A DNA stretch of 64,000 bases from IMG/VR virus record IMGVR_UViG_3300033067_001661, positions 32,001 to 96,000 of that record. The stretch is one strand, 5' to 3'. The notes under the pieces are model-generated. The model ran no database searches. It saw only the letters and a program-made list of their open reading frames with translations, and was not told where the DNA came from. Below, piece after piece: positions 28,207 to 38,698 of this stretch. How positions within the stretch are numbered: position 1 is the first letter of the stretch; each line of letters opens with the position of its first letter. The position numbers and the translations under genes were made by a program. Origin of the DNA: a virus. Taxonomy: Duplodnaviria; Heunggongvirae; Uroviricota; Caudoviricetes.

Positions 28207-28922
28207 TAGTTCACCTTTTTGATTTGAATATCAAAGTTTTCTGTAGCGTCAGCAAAATCTCCATCTGGAGACTTCTGTAATACTATACCCTCTAAACTGT
28301 CACCATTAACCTGAATATAGAAGGCCTCCATACCCGTAAGTTCTCCCTTGACCGCCATAGAGAACTTATTACCGAGTATGCTAAAAACAACCCTCATACC
28401 TTCTTCGCTTTGATAGAAGTTTTGTGCATTCTTAGCAATCGCTTTCGTATTGGCAACAATTCTTCTAACTTTTAGTTCTTTAGCAGCAGTTCTTATGGCT
28501 CCTCTTAGGATTTCCATATCTGCTTCATATGTTTCTTGAGAAAGGGGTATCTTTACAAGTTCTTCGAGAATTGGATTGTAAATACCAAAATCCACTTTTG
28601 CGGCTTTGGTTGCCTTTCCTTTGCTTACCGACATTTTCATTTGAGGAACAGAAGCAAAAGAACTTATGCTCGAAAGCAAAGAGTCTTTATCAAGATGGCA
28701 TCCGTTTTTGTCAATTACAAATTCGTCGTCCTTCTCAACCTCGCCCTCGGTTATGTCATGGTCTTCTACGCCCTCGTCAGCACTAACGGCCTCGCCTTTT
28801 CCTGCCTTCAAAAGCGCAGCTTCCAAAAAGCTATCGTTGATATGAACGCCATGCATATCGACCGTCTTACCGTCGATAACTTCTTTCTGTCCTCTTGTTG
28901 AGGGTATATCAGCCATTCGCAT
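28206..28922 (-). CDS. Hypothetical protein
   Basis: 238-aa ORF with AGGAGG RBS. Confidence 0.65.
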   Translation of the reverse strand: MRMADIPSTRGQKEVIDGKTVDMHGVHINDSFLEAALLKAGKGEAVSADEGVEDHDITEGEVEKDDEFVIDKNGCHLDKDSLLSSISSFASVPQMKMSVSKGKATKAAKVDFGIYNPILEELVKIPLSQETYEADMEILRGAIRTAAKELKVRRIVANTKAIAKNAQNFYQSEEGMRVVFSILGNKFSMAVKGELTGMEAFYIQVNGDSLEGIVLQKSPDGDFADATENFDIQIKKVN

Positions 28923-29553
28923 GCCTCCTAATGTATTCAGCTATTAGAAGTGATTCGGCTTTACCGTCGTCCTTCTTTAGCTCAAAACACTCCTTCAATT
29001 CAGGATACAATTTTCCGGCCAATTCTCTTGCTTTATCTTTTGCAAGTTTTTTGGCTTTATCCATATCCTGTTTGTATTGTTTCTTTGCGTCTTTATGTTT
29101 CTTTCTATCAGTCGCAGACAATCTATTAATTTCCACAGGCTTTAACTTGAGTATGTCGGGCTTATCAAGCTTTTTGAGCAAATCGTCAGGCCATTCAGTC
29201 TTCCATGTCAACGGAGTAATAAGCTTCAACTCAAAACCTAAACATCCAATAATGCCCTTCCAGATTCCAAAGCCTTCTCCAAAATGGAACATACTTACAG
29301 TACCCTGACCAGGCATGGCGGATACCTTTTCAAGACAAACTAAAACGTTCTTACCTTGATACGGCCTAAGAGTGTCTGATATAAGCTTGACATTGTATTC
29401 GTTTTTAGCTTTTACTTTGCCTGTTGCTTTTGTCTTTATAACAGGAACGCCATAAACCTTGGTATCAATAATCTTACCATCTTTTTGAGTTATAACGGAA
29501 TAAGCCCCGCCAAGTCCAGGGTCTATACCAATAAAATGAAATTCGTCATTCAT
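28909..29553 (-). CDS. RuvC-like Holliday junction resolvase
   Basis: IGIDPGLGGA, CLEKV, GQGTVSMFHFG, P..WK, DDGKAESLLIA. Confidence 0.85.
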   Translation of the reverse strand: MNDEFHFIGIDPGLGGAYSVITQKDGKIIDTKVYGVPVIKTKATGKVKAKNEYNVKLISDTLRPYQGKNVLVCLEKVSAMPGQGTVSMFHFGEGFGIWKGIIGCLGFELKLITPLTWKTEWPDDLLKKLDKPDILKLKPVEINRLSATDRKKHKDAKKQYKQDMDKAKKLAKDKARELAGKLYPELKECFELKKDDGKAESLLIAEYIRRHANG

Positions 29554-29588
29554 GTAGATAATCTCCTATTTCTAGGAAATTATCGTCA

Positions 29589-30524
29589 TTAGAGACCTAA
29601 TGACTCTATGGTACGTTGCAAACCTTCTTCAAAAGTAAACTTGGGTTCATATCCAAGAACTTTCCTGGCAAGCTGTATAGAAGGGTATGTCCTCATTACA
29701 TCACCAGGTCTAAATGGTGCTTGTTCTATATCAACATTGAATCTTGAAGTAATCATTCCAAGTATTTCGTTGTTACTAATTTCCGTTCCGCTAGCAATAT
29801 TAATCGGGATACCCTTTAACTCGCCTTTATACGTTGCCGCAAGTATGTTGGCTTGAACAATATCCTCAACATAGACCATATCTCGGCTTTGTTCTCCGGT
29901 TCCGTCTTTTCTAAGAGGCATATTATTCTTGATAGCATTTAGCCAAGCACTAACGGCTGTTGCATATGCTCCTGTAAGATACTGATACGGTCCATAAACA
30001 TTGAAATATCTCAACGATACAGCATCAAAGCCATGAGTTCTACTACTAAATTCAATAAGTTGCTCGCATAACAGTTTCTGTAATCCATAAGGCGATTCAG
30101 GCTTCTTTTCGGAACCTTCTGTTGTAGGGAAAACAGTTGTATTTCCATAAACAGCAGCAGAAGAAGCAAAAACAATTCTTCCTATATTGGAATCTTTTGA
30201 TATCTCAGAAAGCATCATTAGCGTTGTTTCTTGAACATTATTTTTGAAAGACGCATAAGGTCTCTCAACTGAATAAGACACGCTTGGCAAAGCTGCTAAA
30301 TGGAAAACAACGTCAAAATTATCAAACTTTGACGTAATAGCAAAAGACTTAAGACTTTGATTGTAAAGCTTAAAAGAACCAGCTTTGGCTATAACTTCTC
30401 TTCGGAAAGCATGTTGCTCTGTTTTTCCTTCATCAACGATAACAACCTCCCACCCAAGCGACAAGCACTTGAGCGCGAGGTTGCACCCTATGAAACCAAG
30501 TCCGCCAGTTATCAATACCCTCAT
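29589..30524 (-). CDS. NAD-dependent nucleotide-sugar epimerase/dehydratase
   Basis: TGGLGFIG, FHLAA, ASSAAVYG, YGLQK, LRYFNVYGP. Confidence 0.9.
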   Translation of the reverse strand: MRVLITGGLGFIGCNLALKCLSLGWEVVIVDEGKTEQHAFRREVIAKAGSFKLYNQSLKSFAITSKFDNFDVVFHLAALPSVSYSVERPYASFKNNVQETTLMMLSEISKDSNIGRIVFASSAAVYGNTTVFPTTEGSEKKPESPYGLQKLLCEQLIEFSSRTHGFDAVSLRYFNVYGPYQYLTGAYATAVSAWLNAIKNNMPLRKDGTGEQSRDMVYVEDIVQANILAATYKGELKGIPINIASGTEISNNEILGMITSRFNVDIEQAPFRPGDVMRTYPSIQLARKVLGYEPKFTFEEGLQRTIESLGL

Positions 30525-30559
30525 AAATCACCTTATTAGGGCGTTAAAGGGTATGTAGC

Positions 30560-30895
30560 TTACTTTTTACCCTTAGCCTTTTTTGTATTCGACTTTTTAG
30601 TGGCTTTTACCTTCTCGACTGCTTTTTCCTTCTCAGGAAAAGTAACAGCGCCAAGTGCTGCCTCTTTTTGCAAACTAGAAAGCAACATCCAAACCTCTCC
30701 TGCAACTTTTCCGACTATCTGGCGATACTCTGCGCCAGGGTCTTTCTTAATTGCAACAACAACAAAATTGTCGTTATAAGAGGAATTCTTATAGTGGAAC
30801 TTCTGTCCAACCGGGAAAACGTGGCTCTCTGCAACGCTTTTACTAATGATTTCACCATGAAAAAGAATGGATTGATCTCTGTCAGACTTTGGCAT
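30560..30895 (-). CDS. Hypothetical protein with basic C-terminal tail
   Basis: Start moved to the ATG at 30895 (MPKSDRD), which has an AGGAG RBS. Confidence 0.6.
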   Translation of the reverse strand: MPKSDRDQSILFHGEIISKSVAESHVFPVGQKFHYKNSSYNDNFVVVAIKKDPGAEYRQIVGKVAGEVWMLLSSLQKEAALGAVTFPEKEKAVEKVKATKKSNTKKAKGKK

Positions 30896-32006
30896 TTTTC
30901 TTCTCCTTTTTGAGATACTTCGATACAGTCTTCTTGAACTCATGAGTCTTTGGAGTATTATCGACCGTTTCTTCAATAGCAAGCTTAGTCGCTATCTTTT
31001 TGACTTCTGCGGTATTAGCTACTGTTTCAACAACGACAACGACGATTATATTACCTCGACCGCCTTTTCTATAAAGGCCTTTCCCATGAATAACAAACTT
31101 ATCATTAGTGGATACTCCCGAAGGAATCATTATTTTTTCAGAGCCTCCCTCAGGTATAGGTATTTCTACTGTAGTACCAAGAATAGCTTCTGACATTGTA
31201 ATATATACTTCAATAACAAGATCATGGCTTGAAGTCATATCAAAAAGTTCATGCTCTTCTGGATGAACTCGAATATAACAATCACCTTTTTTATCTTTAG
31301 AAGACGCATGATAACCCTGTCCGGCAATTCTAAGAACAGCACCATAAACAAACTTAGGTGGAATGTCTACATCTACCCTAATATGCTTTTCAATCAAACC
31401 ACCAACACAGTCTTTGCATAAATCACTATCATTAATAGAAACGCCAGAACCCTGGCATTCATCGCATGAAGAAACCATTTGCATAACCTGGTTCTGCCCC
31501 ATAACATGATTCATAACTATGCGACCCGAGCCTCGACATTTCTTGCATTTATCTTTCTTAGCGCCTGCCTTAACTCCCTCGCCATTACAAGAATTACAAA
31601 TCTCTGTTGTAGAGAAACTAACGCTCTTCTTAACTCCATGAATAGAATCTTCAAATGAACATGAAATATCGCAAAACGTATCTCTCCCGTACAGAGAGCT
31701 ATGCTGGCTTTGATTTCTAAAGAAATCCCTGAATACATCATGAACGGACCCCTGAAAATCAGGAGCATCGCTATTGAAGTTTATATCAGGTCCACCTCTG
31801 TGCTTAAAGTGATCGTACTTCTGCTTCTTCTTAGGGTCAGAAAGAACATCATAGGCCTCATTGACCTCTTTGAACTTTTCTTCTGAGGCCAAATCGCCTT
31901 GATTACGGTCAGGATGGTACTTCATCGCCAATGAGCGATAAGCCTTCTTGATCTCTTCTTCCGTTGCGCCTTCAGAGACCCCTAAAATGCCGTAATAGTC
32001 TTTCAT
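30882..32006 (-). CDS. dnaJ: DnaJ chaperone
   Basis: [11 protein letters not shown] motif, four CxxCxGxG-type repeats, C-terminal domain. Confidence 0.93.
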   Translation of the reverse strand: MKDYYGILGVSEGATEEEIKKAYRSLAMKYHPDRNQGDLASEEKFKEVNEAYDVLSDPKKKQKYDHFKHRGGPDINFNSDAPDFQGSVHDVFRDFFRNQSQHSSLYGRDTFCDISCSFEDSIHGVKKSVSFSTTEICNSCNGEGVKAGAKKDKCKKCRGSGRIVMNHVMGQNQVMQMVSSCDECQGSGVSINDSDLCKDCVGGLIEKHIRVDVDIPPKFVYGAVLRIAGQGYHASSKDKKGDCYIRVHPEEHELFDMTSSHDLVIEVYITMSEAILGTTVEIPIPEGGSEKIMIPSGVSTNDKFVIHGKGLYRKGGRGNIIVVVVVETVANTAEVKKIATKLAIEETVDNTPKTHEFKKTVSKYLKKEKKNAKV

Positions 32007-32009
32007 TGC

Positions 32010-32369
32010 TTATTCCGTATCGTCTTCGTCGTCAAGGTCGTCGTCAAGTTCTTCGTCAATAATATCTTCTAAGCGGAAATCTTCACCGTTTTCTGGAATA
32101 CCCTTTCCATTAGCAAAAGCTTGCATAGCAGACCTAATGAAATCATCAAGATTAAGAATGCTGCTTGTAAGCGTCCAAACTTTGTCAAGCGTTTCAGCAA
32201 CGTCTCTTAGTTCAGCCGCATTCTTTGGTAACTGTCCGTCTTCTACATATCGCTTATGAGTAATCTCAATTATCTTCTCGCAAATTTCAAGAAGACGGTC
32301 ATGGTCTATACCATAGTCATCAAGCGGTGGATTTTGATCGTTATTGTCTTTTGGATCTTTTTCCGACAT
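32010..32369 (-). CDS. Acidic hypothetical protein
   Basis: 119-aa ORF, AGGAGG RBS, D/E-rich tail. Confidence 0.65.
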   Translation of the reverse strand: MSEKDPKDNNDQNPPLDDYGIDHDRLLEICEKIIEITHKRYVEDGQLPKNAAELRDVAETLDKVWTLTSSILNLDDFIRSAMQAFANGKGIPENGEDFRLEDIIDEELDDDLDDEDDTE

Positions 32370-32377
32370 AAAGCCTC

Positions 32378-32647
32378 CTAATTAATTTTGTATCCAATAT
32401 CAGTTTGAGAAGAAGTAATTTGCATTTCCTCGGAAGGCTCTGCAACGTTCTTAAGAAAATCCATAAGAGCGCCCTGAAACTCTTCATTTGCTGATTGGTA
32501 AGTAGTAGCAAGCTCAGCGATTTCATCAATCGCTTCCTGCGAAGGAGAAACAACGAGCTTTTGACAAGCATCATGCAACCTTGTCATTGCAGAAAATGTC
32601 TGCAAGCATTTTATCTGTACCTTACTCAAATGCAAACCCTCGTCCAT
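32378..32647 (-). CDS. Hypothetical protein
   Basis: 89-aa ORF filling the operon gap. Confidence 0.55.
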   Translation of the reverse strand: MDEGLHLSKVQIKCLQTFSAMTRLHDACQKLVVSPSQEAIDEIAELATTYQSANEEFQGALMDFLKNVAEPSEEMQITSSQTDIGYKIN

Positions 32648-32650
32648 AAA

Positions 32651-33805
32651 TCATGCCCTTATCTTGTTAAGAGACTTTAGTATCTTTGATACTGACGCTG
32701 AATCTAATACCGAACAAATTGTCATAAAAAGAACATCGGCGATCAAACTAGCCTCTCCATGAGAAGTACACGTTCTTGCTAGAACCAAACTATCTTCAAT
32801 GCACTTAACTATAAGATAAAGGTCTTTTCGAGAATAAAGCTCTATCTGAGGCTTTCTTCCATAGTTACCAGAAACAGCCATAGAACATGCTCTTTGATTC
32901 CAAACTGGAATAGGCTTATCTTTATCAGGGCCTGATTCTATTAAATTGGTTTTGGTAACAGCCTTCAAGCCCGAACTCTCAAAAGCAACTTTTCTGATTG
33001 AAGAAGTTCTTAAGACGGTTTCTTCGGTAGAAGCGCCATTAGCAAGCAAATCCTTCATACAGAGAAGCATGCGATACTTCCAAGCCATCATTGGTAGTAT
33101 TTCATTGATAGCCTTGATTGGATCGGCATTTGAAGCAACGCATTTATTGAAAGCATTCAAACACTTCTCATAGTTACGCTCGTCGCAAGCGTTCATCAAG
33201 CTCCATATAATGAAGTTATTGTAGAATGCAGCAGTTGAAATAACGTCTTCAAAAGAATAGACCTTCTTACCTGGAGCGTACAAGGTTAATCGCTGAAGCG
33301 TTGATTCTAAGGGATCAAGAGCGGTTTCTTTATCATTGACAAGTAAAGCGTTTTCAGCAATTGCAGCAACCGCTTCTTGGTCAAGTTCAAAGCCAAGCTC
33401 TCTCGCTCGCCTATTTATCCAATCTGTAGCGCTATTAGAAGCAACAGAGTCGTCAAACTCATAAAGCTTGCCAAACTTCTTGACTGTGTTGTATATAGCT
33501 CTTGCGTCAGACGGGTCTATCATAAAGAAAATGACCCATACATTGCCTTCAAGTTTTTCTATAGCAAGCTTGAACTTATCCTTTTCGCTTTCCGTCATCT
33601 TAGGAAGCGCATGAATAACGATTAGGCGATTGTCCGCAAAACATGAGTTCGACGAAAGCCATGTCATGAGCTTACTAAATAGAGTGTTCTCGTAGCAGTC
33701 AAAAAACTCTGCTCCCTCGAACTTCTCTCTAATTTTAGTAAGTAACGGCTTCGCTAGGTAGTAAGCGCCGCTTACCCACGCTGCATTGTTCTTATTTTCA
33801 GCCAT
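32651..33805 (-). CDS. holA: DNA polymerase III delta subunit-like clamp-loader protein
   Basis: SCFADNRLIVI, WINRRARELGFELDQEA, LQRLTLY, IWSLMNA; adjacent to dnaN and dnaX. Confidence 0.7.
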   Translation of the reverse strand: MAENKNNAAWVSGAYYLAKPLLTKIREKFEGAEFFDCYENTLFSKLMTWLSSNSCFADNRLIVIHALPKMTESEKDKFKLAIEKLEGNVWVIFFMIDPSDARAIYNTVKKFGKLYEFDDSVASNSATDWINRRARELGFELDQEAVAAIAENALLVNDKETALDPLESTLQRLTLYAPGKKVYSFEDVISTAAFYNNFIIWSLMNACDERNYEKCLNAFNKCVASNADPIKAINEILPMMAWKYRMLLCMKDLLANGASTEETVLRTSSIRKVAFESSGLKAVTKTNLIESGPDKDKPIPVWNQRACSMAVSGNYGRKPQIELYSRKDLYLIVKCIEDSLVLARTCTSHGEASLIADVLFMTICSVLDSASVSKILKSLNKIRA

Positions 33806-33839
33806 AATAAAACTGTTGCAGCCATTTCTGACTGCAACA
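33806..33839 (-). terminator. Intrinsic terminator-like hairpin between dnaN and holA
   Basis: TGTTGCAGTCA-GAAA-TGGCTGCAACA followed by GTTTTATT. Confidence 0.65.
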
Positions 33840-33845
33840 ATTCAC

Positions 33846-35102
33846 TCACTCCTTCAGTGTTGCAAAGAACACTGAGTATCTTTCCTGAAGACCGTCTTCG
33901 CTTGGCTTATTGAAAGCAAGATAGTTACCGACGCCTTTGGGGTCAGCATAGTGTCTTACGACAACAGGCTGATTAGCGTCTTCAATCTCAAACTGCAAAT
34001 GCTCTTCGTCATTAGAGCGACTAATAATCTCGCTCATATACTTAGAAACGCAGTTGATCTTGACTTCCTTTGCGTCCTCATTCGTGCCAATATCCTCAAT
34101 CGGAACCTTTCTAAAAGACTTCAACGTATGGTCGGTTTTTGTGTTGATAATCTTCTTGGAAAGGTCAATATTGAGAACGCAGTTGTGAACCTTGTTCTCT
34201 TCCTTGAGGTCTACGTTATTCGTAGCAAGAATACCCTTGATTGCATTCTTCCAGTTTATAGCCTTCGTCGTCAGCTTGTACTTACTATCTCTCTTGAGGA
34301 AGCGATTTTCGTCAGGCCATTCAACATTCGGATCGCAAGAGTAAATATTGACTCTAATTGCTCCGCAAGTAACGCAAATGTATCGCTCGCCAGACTCAAT
34401 AATGATCTTATCGCAAGCAAGCTCTTTGAGTATGCCAAGAAGAATAGTTGTCTGCTCATTCGGGAGCAGCATCTTGATATCTCCCTTAGCGTCAGTCATA
34501 TTAGCGCCGTCAACTTCTACAACAGCAAAGATTGTTCCAGTACCAGAAACAAATCGCAAAGAGTTTGTCCCAAACGAACGAAGAACCCAATAAGTAAACT
34601 GCTTATACTGTTCTTGGTCTCCGTAAGCAAACATAATCTTGCCGGCATAACTCTGGAAGATATCTCTACGAATAGAGAGCTTCGTTGGCTTTTGCCCATT
34701 AGCATTTATGTCATGGAACTGACATGGAGTTCCAATAACCGGCAGCGTCTGCGTTTCGTCGCTATCAGTTGTGCTGGATATTCTTACCTCTGAGCCATTG
34801 ACAAGCTCGCAAGATATCTTGCTAGAAGGCGCAAAGGAAGAAAGGGCATTTTCAAGGTCTACTGCATTGACAGTAACTGTACCGTCCATGTCGCAGACAT
34901 AATCAATGTTGTATGTATCATTTCCAATTTCATTCGTCGCGCTGACCTTGCCGCCATCAGCAATCGCCTGTATATATCCGTTGACAACATTCAACGTAAC
35001 CAGACCGCCAAACTGGTAGTCTTTCAAAGTTCCCTTTGTTGCAACAACCAAAACAGGCTTCAAACCTTTGAGCAAGCCGCCAACCTGAGCCGTAAACTTC
35101 AT
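33846..35102 (-). CDS. dnaN: DNA polymerase III beta sliding clamp (divergent)
   Basis: MKFT.., three-domain length, clamp-like segments (GTVTVNA, WPDENRF, KINCVSKYMSE), gene context. Confidence 0.7.
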   Translation of the reverse strand: MKFTAQVGGLLKGLKPVLVVATKGTLKDYQFGGLVTLNVVNGYIQAIADGGKVSATNEIGNDTYNIDYVCDMDGTVTVNAVDLENALSSFAPSSKISCELVNGSEVRISSTTDSDETQTLPVIGTPCQFHDINANGQKPTKLSIRRDIFQSYAGKIMFAYGDQEQYKQFTYWVLRSFGTNSLRFVSGTGTIFAVVEVDGANMTDAKGDIKMLLPNEQTTILLGILKELACDKIIIESGERYICVTCGAIRVNIYSCDPNVEWPDENRFLKRDSKYKLTTKAINWKNAIKGILATNNVDLKEENKVHNCVLNIDLSKKIINTKTDHTLKSFRKVPIEDIGTNEDAKEVKINCVSKYMSEIISRSNDEEHLQFEIEDANQPVVVRHYADPKGVGNYLAFNKPSEDGLQERYSVFFATLKE

Positions 35103-35116
35103 CTTAAATCTCCTTG

Positions 35117-35908
35117 TTACTTCTTTTCTTCGTACTTTGTCAGAATTTCTCTGGCCTTATGCTTTATTCGGCTAAGAGCGTTGTCTACACCCTTGATATT
35201 CACTCTAACTTTGGACCTTTTGTTGTTGATTTTTTCAGCTATCTCTTCGTAGGAGTATTTTTGTGCATACAAGAGATACACTTCCTTTTCGAAGCTAGAA
35301 AGCGAAGACAACAACAAATCTTGTAAGTTTTTGTAATACTCATTTTCTGCTGTAAGTTCACAAATATCAAGAGCGTCTGGATCTGAAATAATGTTAGACA
35401 ACGAAACATCTTCTTCATTGTCATTGTTTTTCGAGGACTCTTTGTATATAGAAATTGACTGGTTAAGTACCCTCTTCTTATTCTGATAAGAAGACTTAAA
35501 CTCAGTGGCTAAATGCCTTCTTATACACAAGAGAGCGAACTTATCGAACGGCGCAGGACCATCCCCTGTGCCTCTAGCCTTATCATAGTCTTTAATTGCT
35601 TTATAACGAAGAGCATAAAGAGCTTCCTGCAAGATATCTGAATACTCGTATCCAGGTATATTGAACTTAGAAACCACCTTTTGAATCTTAGGTAAAAGCA
35701 TTGATAACAATTCTTCAAATGCCTTGTTTACCTCTGTTTCGTCTTTTGTTTTCCTGATATTATTGATCAGTTTTATACATCTTAGATTGTTTTGGTAATC
35801 TTGTTCTAATTTCTCTTTATCCGCAAGTAGTTTTTGCTTTTCTGCGGATAATGTCTTGCTAACTCTTTTTGCCCCAGCCTTATTTGTATTTTTCTTTGGT
35901 CTGGGCAT
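35117..35908 (-). CDS. SigH-like RNA polymerase sigma-70 family factor
   Basis: DILQEALYAL..AIKDYD, FALLCIRRHL, LNQSISI, LSSFEKEV, YSYEEIAE, KGVDNALSRIKHK. Confidence 0.88.
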   Translation of the reverse strand: MPRPKKNTNKAGAKRVSKTLSAEKQKLLADKEKLEQDYQNNLRCIKLINNIRKTKDETEVNKAFEELLSMLLPKIQKVVSKFNIPGYEYSDILQEALYALRYKAIKDYDKARGTGDGPAPFDKFALLCIRRHLATEFKSSYQNKKRVLNQSISIYKESSKNNDNEEDVSLSNIISDPDALDICELTAENEYYKNLQDLLLSSLSSFEKEVYLLYAQKYSYEEIAEKINNKRSKVRVNIKGVDNALSRIKHKAREILTKYEEKK

Positions 35909-35920
35909 CAGTTGATAACC

Positions 35921-37027
35921 TTATGCCGCTTTCGCCTCCGTCCTGTTGAAGATAATCGAGCAAACAACGAACTTTTCCAACATCGTTTGAGGATTTATGT
36001 TCAGAGAGATTCCTCTCATAACTTCCCCAAGCAAATCTATCATCTGTATTAGTAATGGAACAGATGTAGCTTGCGATTGTACAACGAATCTCTTTTTCTC
36101 TTCTTCAGTCAGAAACAAAAGCTTTGAAGTGTCTTTGGCGGTCCTTATGACCAGTAGCGTTCTAATATGTCCAACGAGTCCATCAAGAACCTCCCCAACT
36201 TCGCGTCCATCTCCCAAAGTCTGGTCAATGATACGCATAGCCTCACCGGCGTCGGGTTTAAGGATCATATCGACAATATCAAAGTATTTGTTCTCATCAA
36301 CTGCCGCTAATGCTTGTTGCGCGATCTCAGCAGAAAGCTTTGATCCATTCGCAAAGGTAAGCATAGTCTGTAAATTTTGTAAAGAGTTTCTAACAGAACC
36401 CTTGGAAAGTTTGGCCGCAATTCGAAGCGCAGCTTCGTCATAATCAAGGTTTTCAGCCTTTGCAACCCGAACAAGGTTCATATACAACTGATCCCAAGAA
36501 ACCTTGTTAAACCGCAATGGCATACAACGACTATGAATCGTGTCTTTCAAATCTTCAGCATTAGTTGTGCAAAGAATGAAAATGCAGTTCGGCGGCGGCT
36601 CTTCAATCATCTTAAGAGCGGCCTCAGCAGCAGCGCCTGTCAATCTATGAGCCTCGTCAATAATAACAAAGCGATGCTTGAGAGTTATGGGAGAATAGCG
36701 TATCGCTTCCTTTAGGTCTCTGATTTCTTCAATCTTACCTTTTGAGCCAGCGTCAAACTCCATAACGTCAACAGATTTACCCTCAAAGATTGCCTGAATA
36801 TCTGGGTCATTCAAGTCAGGCGTAAGAGTCATTCCGTTCTTGCCATTTACGGAAGCTGCAAAGATTCTTGCGCTCGAAGTCTTTCCGCAACCAAACTTGC
36901 CGCAAAAAATGTAAGCATGATGAAGCTTACCTGACATAATCGTGTTGGTCAAAATCCTCGTAACGGACTCTTGCCCAATGAGATCGGCTATCTTCTTTGG
37001 CCTATACTTATTAGCTAGAACACTCAT
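35921..37027 (-). CDS. dnaX: DNA polymerase III gamma/tau clamp-loader ATPase
   Basis: KYRP, HAYIFCGKFGCGKTS, IIDEAH, LKMIEEPP, TIHSRC, GSVRN. Confidence 0.93.
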   Translation of the reverse strand: MSVLANKYRPKKIADLIGQESVTRILTNTIMSGKLHHAYIFCGKFGCGKTSSARIFAASVNGKNGMTLTPDLNDPDIQAIFEGKSVDVMEFDAGSKGKIEEIRDLKEAIRYSPITLKHRFVIIDEAHRLTGAAAEAALKMIEEPPPNCIFILCTTNAEDLKDTIHSRCMPLRFNKVSWDQLYMNLVRVAKAENLDYDEAALRIAAKLSKGSVRNSLQNLQTMLTFANGSKLSAEIAQQALAAVDENKYFDIVDMILKPDAGEAMRIIDQTLGDGREVGEVLDGLVGHIRTLLVIRTAKDTSKLLFLTEEEKKRFVVQSQATSVPLLIQMIDLLGEVMRGISLNINPQTMLEKFVVCSIIFNRTEAKAA

Positions 37028-37781
37028 TTTGGTTTCCTAATTTCTTCTGCAACCATTCCCAAACTACGTCTTTTGTTTCGGCTATTCCCAAATCTGACGG
37101 AACGATAATCACCCTATCTCCCAAAAGAGACCAATCATAACCGTCAAGAGCGGTTTCGCTTGGGTGTTCGTCGCCTTGGCTAACGTCCCTGGTTAGCCTT
37201 ACAACAAGGCCTCCATGCTGCTGAACTCCATTCAACTCGGAAGGGAATCTCAAATCAGGTATAATCGCATAATCAACTTTTTCTTTTGCGATAAGCCTAA
37301 AAGTTGCATGAACCCAAATATACTGACTAAACATTCTTCTGCATATATCTGTTCCAAGAACCTGCATAAGCTCTCTACCAGACATATTGCCGGATTTCAG
37401 ATTAACAGGTACGGCTCCGCCAGAATTCTTAAGAGACCAATACAGTCTTTCTGGAGAAAAATCACCAAAGCCAATTGAACTCTCGAAAAGAGGAACTTGG
37501 CTTGTTAGTTGTCTACCTCCAAAATCAACCCATCTACCACCGTTTTCCCATCTCATGAAGTCAGGGAAATTCTCCCAAAGGTAGTTTGTTTTTGTATTCT
37601 TCTGCTCGTCCGTTCCCCAAACCTGTTCAGGACGCAAACCCATAACATCTACGAGAAAATTCTTAAGTCCGTCAGCAAAACTGTACTTCTTAACAGTACC
37701 ATTTAGATGAGGGGTTATATTGCTAAGCAAAGTATCTTTACCGCTTTGCTTTTTGCCAGAAAAACCAAGAACAATTGTCAT
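37011..37781 (-). CDS. Phage-type deoxynucleoside monophosphate kinase
   Basis: GFSGKKQSGKDT, SFADGLK, RELMQVLGTD, IPDLRFPSE, HPSE; start moved to 37781. Confidence 0.85.
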   Translation of the reverse strand: MTIVLGFSGKKQSGKDTLLSNITPHLNGTVKKYSFADGLKNFLVDVMGLRPEQVWGTDEQKNTKTNYLWENFPDFMRWENGGRWVDFGGRQLTSQVPLFESSIGFGDFSPERLYWSLKNSGGAVPVNLKSGNMSGRELMQVLGTDICRRMFSQYIWVHATFRLIAKEKVDYAIIPDLRFPSELNGVQQHGGLVVRLTRDVSQGDEHPSETALDGYDWSLLGDRVIIVPSDLGIAETKDVVWEWLQKKLGNQNECSS

Positions 37782-37794
37782 ATTGAAACTCCGT

Positions 37795-38250
37795 TCAGGC
37801 CAAAGGCACAACAAAGTAGATAGACTTACCAGCTAGCGACTTATGATTCATGCTAGAGATAAGATTACCCTTATCGTCAGTCATGTAAATCTTCGCCTCT
37901 TCCCTAGCGGCCCCTTTGTTCGTAAACTTTGAGCCAACATAGATTCTAACGGAAGCCTTATCAGGAGCAAACTCAACAGGATCAGTAGAGCCAACCTTAT
38001 AGGTTACAAACTTGCCTCCTCGTCTGTTGCCTCCATAAACAACGTTGCTATCTATGGTGTTCTTCTTTCCAAGAACTTCAACAAAGTAACTCTCTATATT
38101 GCGCATCTGCTCAAGAGCAGACAGCGAATTACCAAAATTAGCGGAAGTTACCAGTTGCCTCGCCTGAGCAACCGCCTTTTCAGCGGAGTCAAACGTGCCA
38201 ACAATAGATCCTGTCCCATATTCGTCTTGATTCCAAAGTTGATACTTCAT
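37795..38250 (-). CDS. Hypothetical protein
   Basis: 151-aa ORF, AAGGAG RBS. Confidence 0.65.
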   Translation of the reverse strand: MKYQLWNQDEYGTGSIVGTFDSAEKAVAQARQLVTSANFGNSLSALEQMRNIESYFVEVLGKKNTIDSNVVYGGNRRGGKFVTYKVGSTDPVEFAPDKASVRIYVGSKFTNKGAAREEAKIYMTDDKGNLISSMNHKSLAGKSIYFVVPLA

Positions 38251-38260
38251 TCATCTCTCC

Positions 38261-38698
38261 TTATTGTTTCCAATCAACGTTTTCTTCGAGAATGTTAGCG
38301 ATAACAGGCTCGCTCATATAGTCAACGCCAAGCGTTCTAAGAATGATACTATGGTCTCTCTTGTCAAACGGAATGGTATCGCCATCGACAGTTGGAGAAA
38401 TTGAGAACAGAACGTCTGCAACAACAGCAGCCTTACGAGCCTCGTCAAATACGTCCCAATCGCTAGAATAGAGAACAACAAAATAGACCTTAGGACAGAA
38501 CAAGGTGACTGGGGCCTTTACAGGCTTGAGATCCCAAACCTGATTCTTCTTTTCAGGACGAGGCTTATTTACAATCTGTACAGCAGCAATTTGCTCGGGA
38601 TCAATATCAGGAAAGACGGCTGGATAGCGGTCTAGAACCTTCTGCATAATCTCGACAAACTCTGGTAGTTCCTTGTATTCTGGTTTAATCTTCGCCAT
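38261..38698 (-). CDS. Phage metallopeptidase-like protein with degenerate active site
   Basis: YFVVLYSSDW...KAAVVADVLFSI...DKRDH pattern; the HExxH position reads DVLFS. Confidence 0.5.
   Translation of the reverse strand: MAKIKPEYKELPEFVEIMQKVLDRYPAVFPDIDPEQIAAVQIVNKPRPEKKNQVWDLKPVKAPVTLFCPKVYFVVLYSSDWDVFDEARKAAVVADVLFSISPTVDGDTIPFDKRDHSIILRTLGVDYMSEPVIANILEENVDWKQ

Noticed and set aside
33951-34793. 280-aa + strand ORF, and similar antisense ORFs such as 24871..25314, 35997..36443 and 47197..47784
   Set aside because: Entirely antisense to well-supported genes, with no recognisable motifs
35921-37027. Programmed dnaX frameshift giving a tau subunit
   Set aside because: The ORF ends at gamma length and is followed 12 nt later by the sigma gene; there is no downstream tau-domain frame
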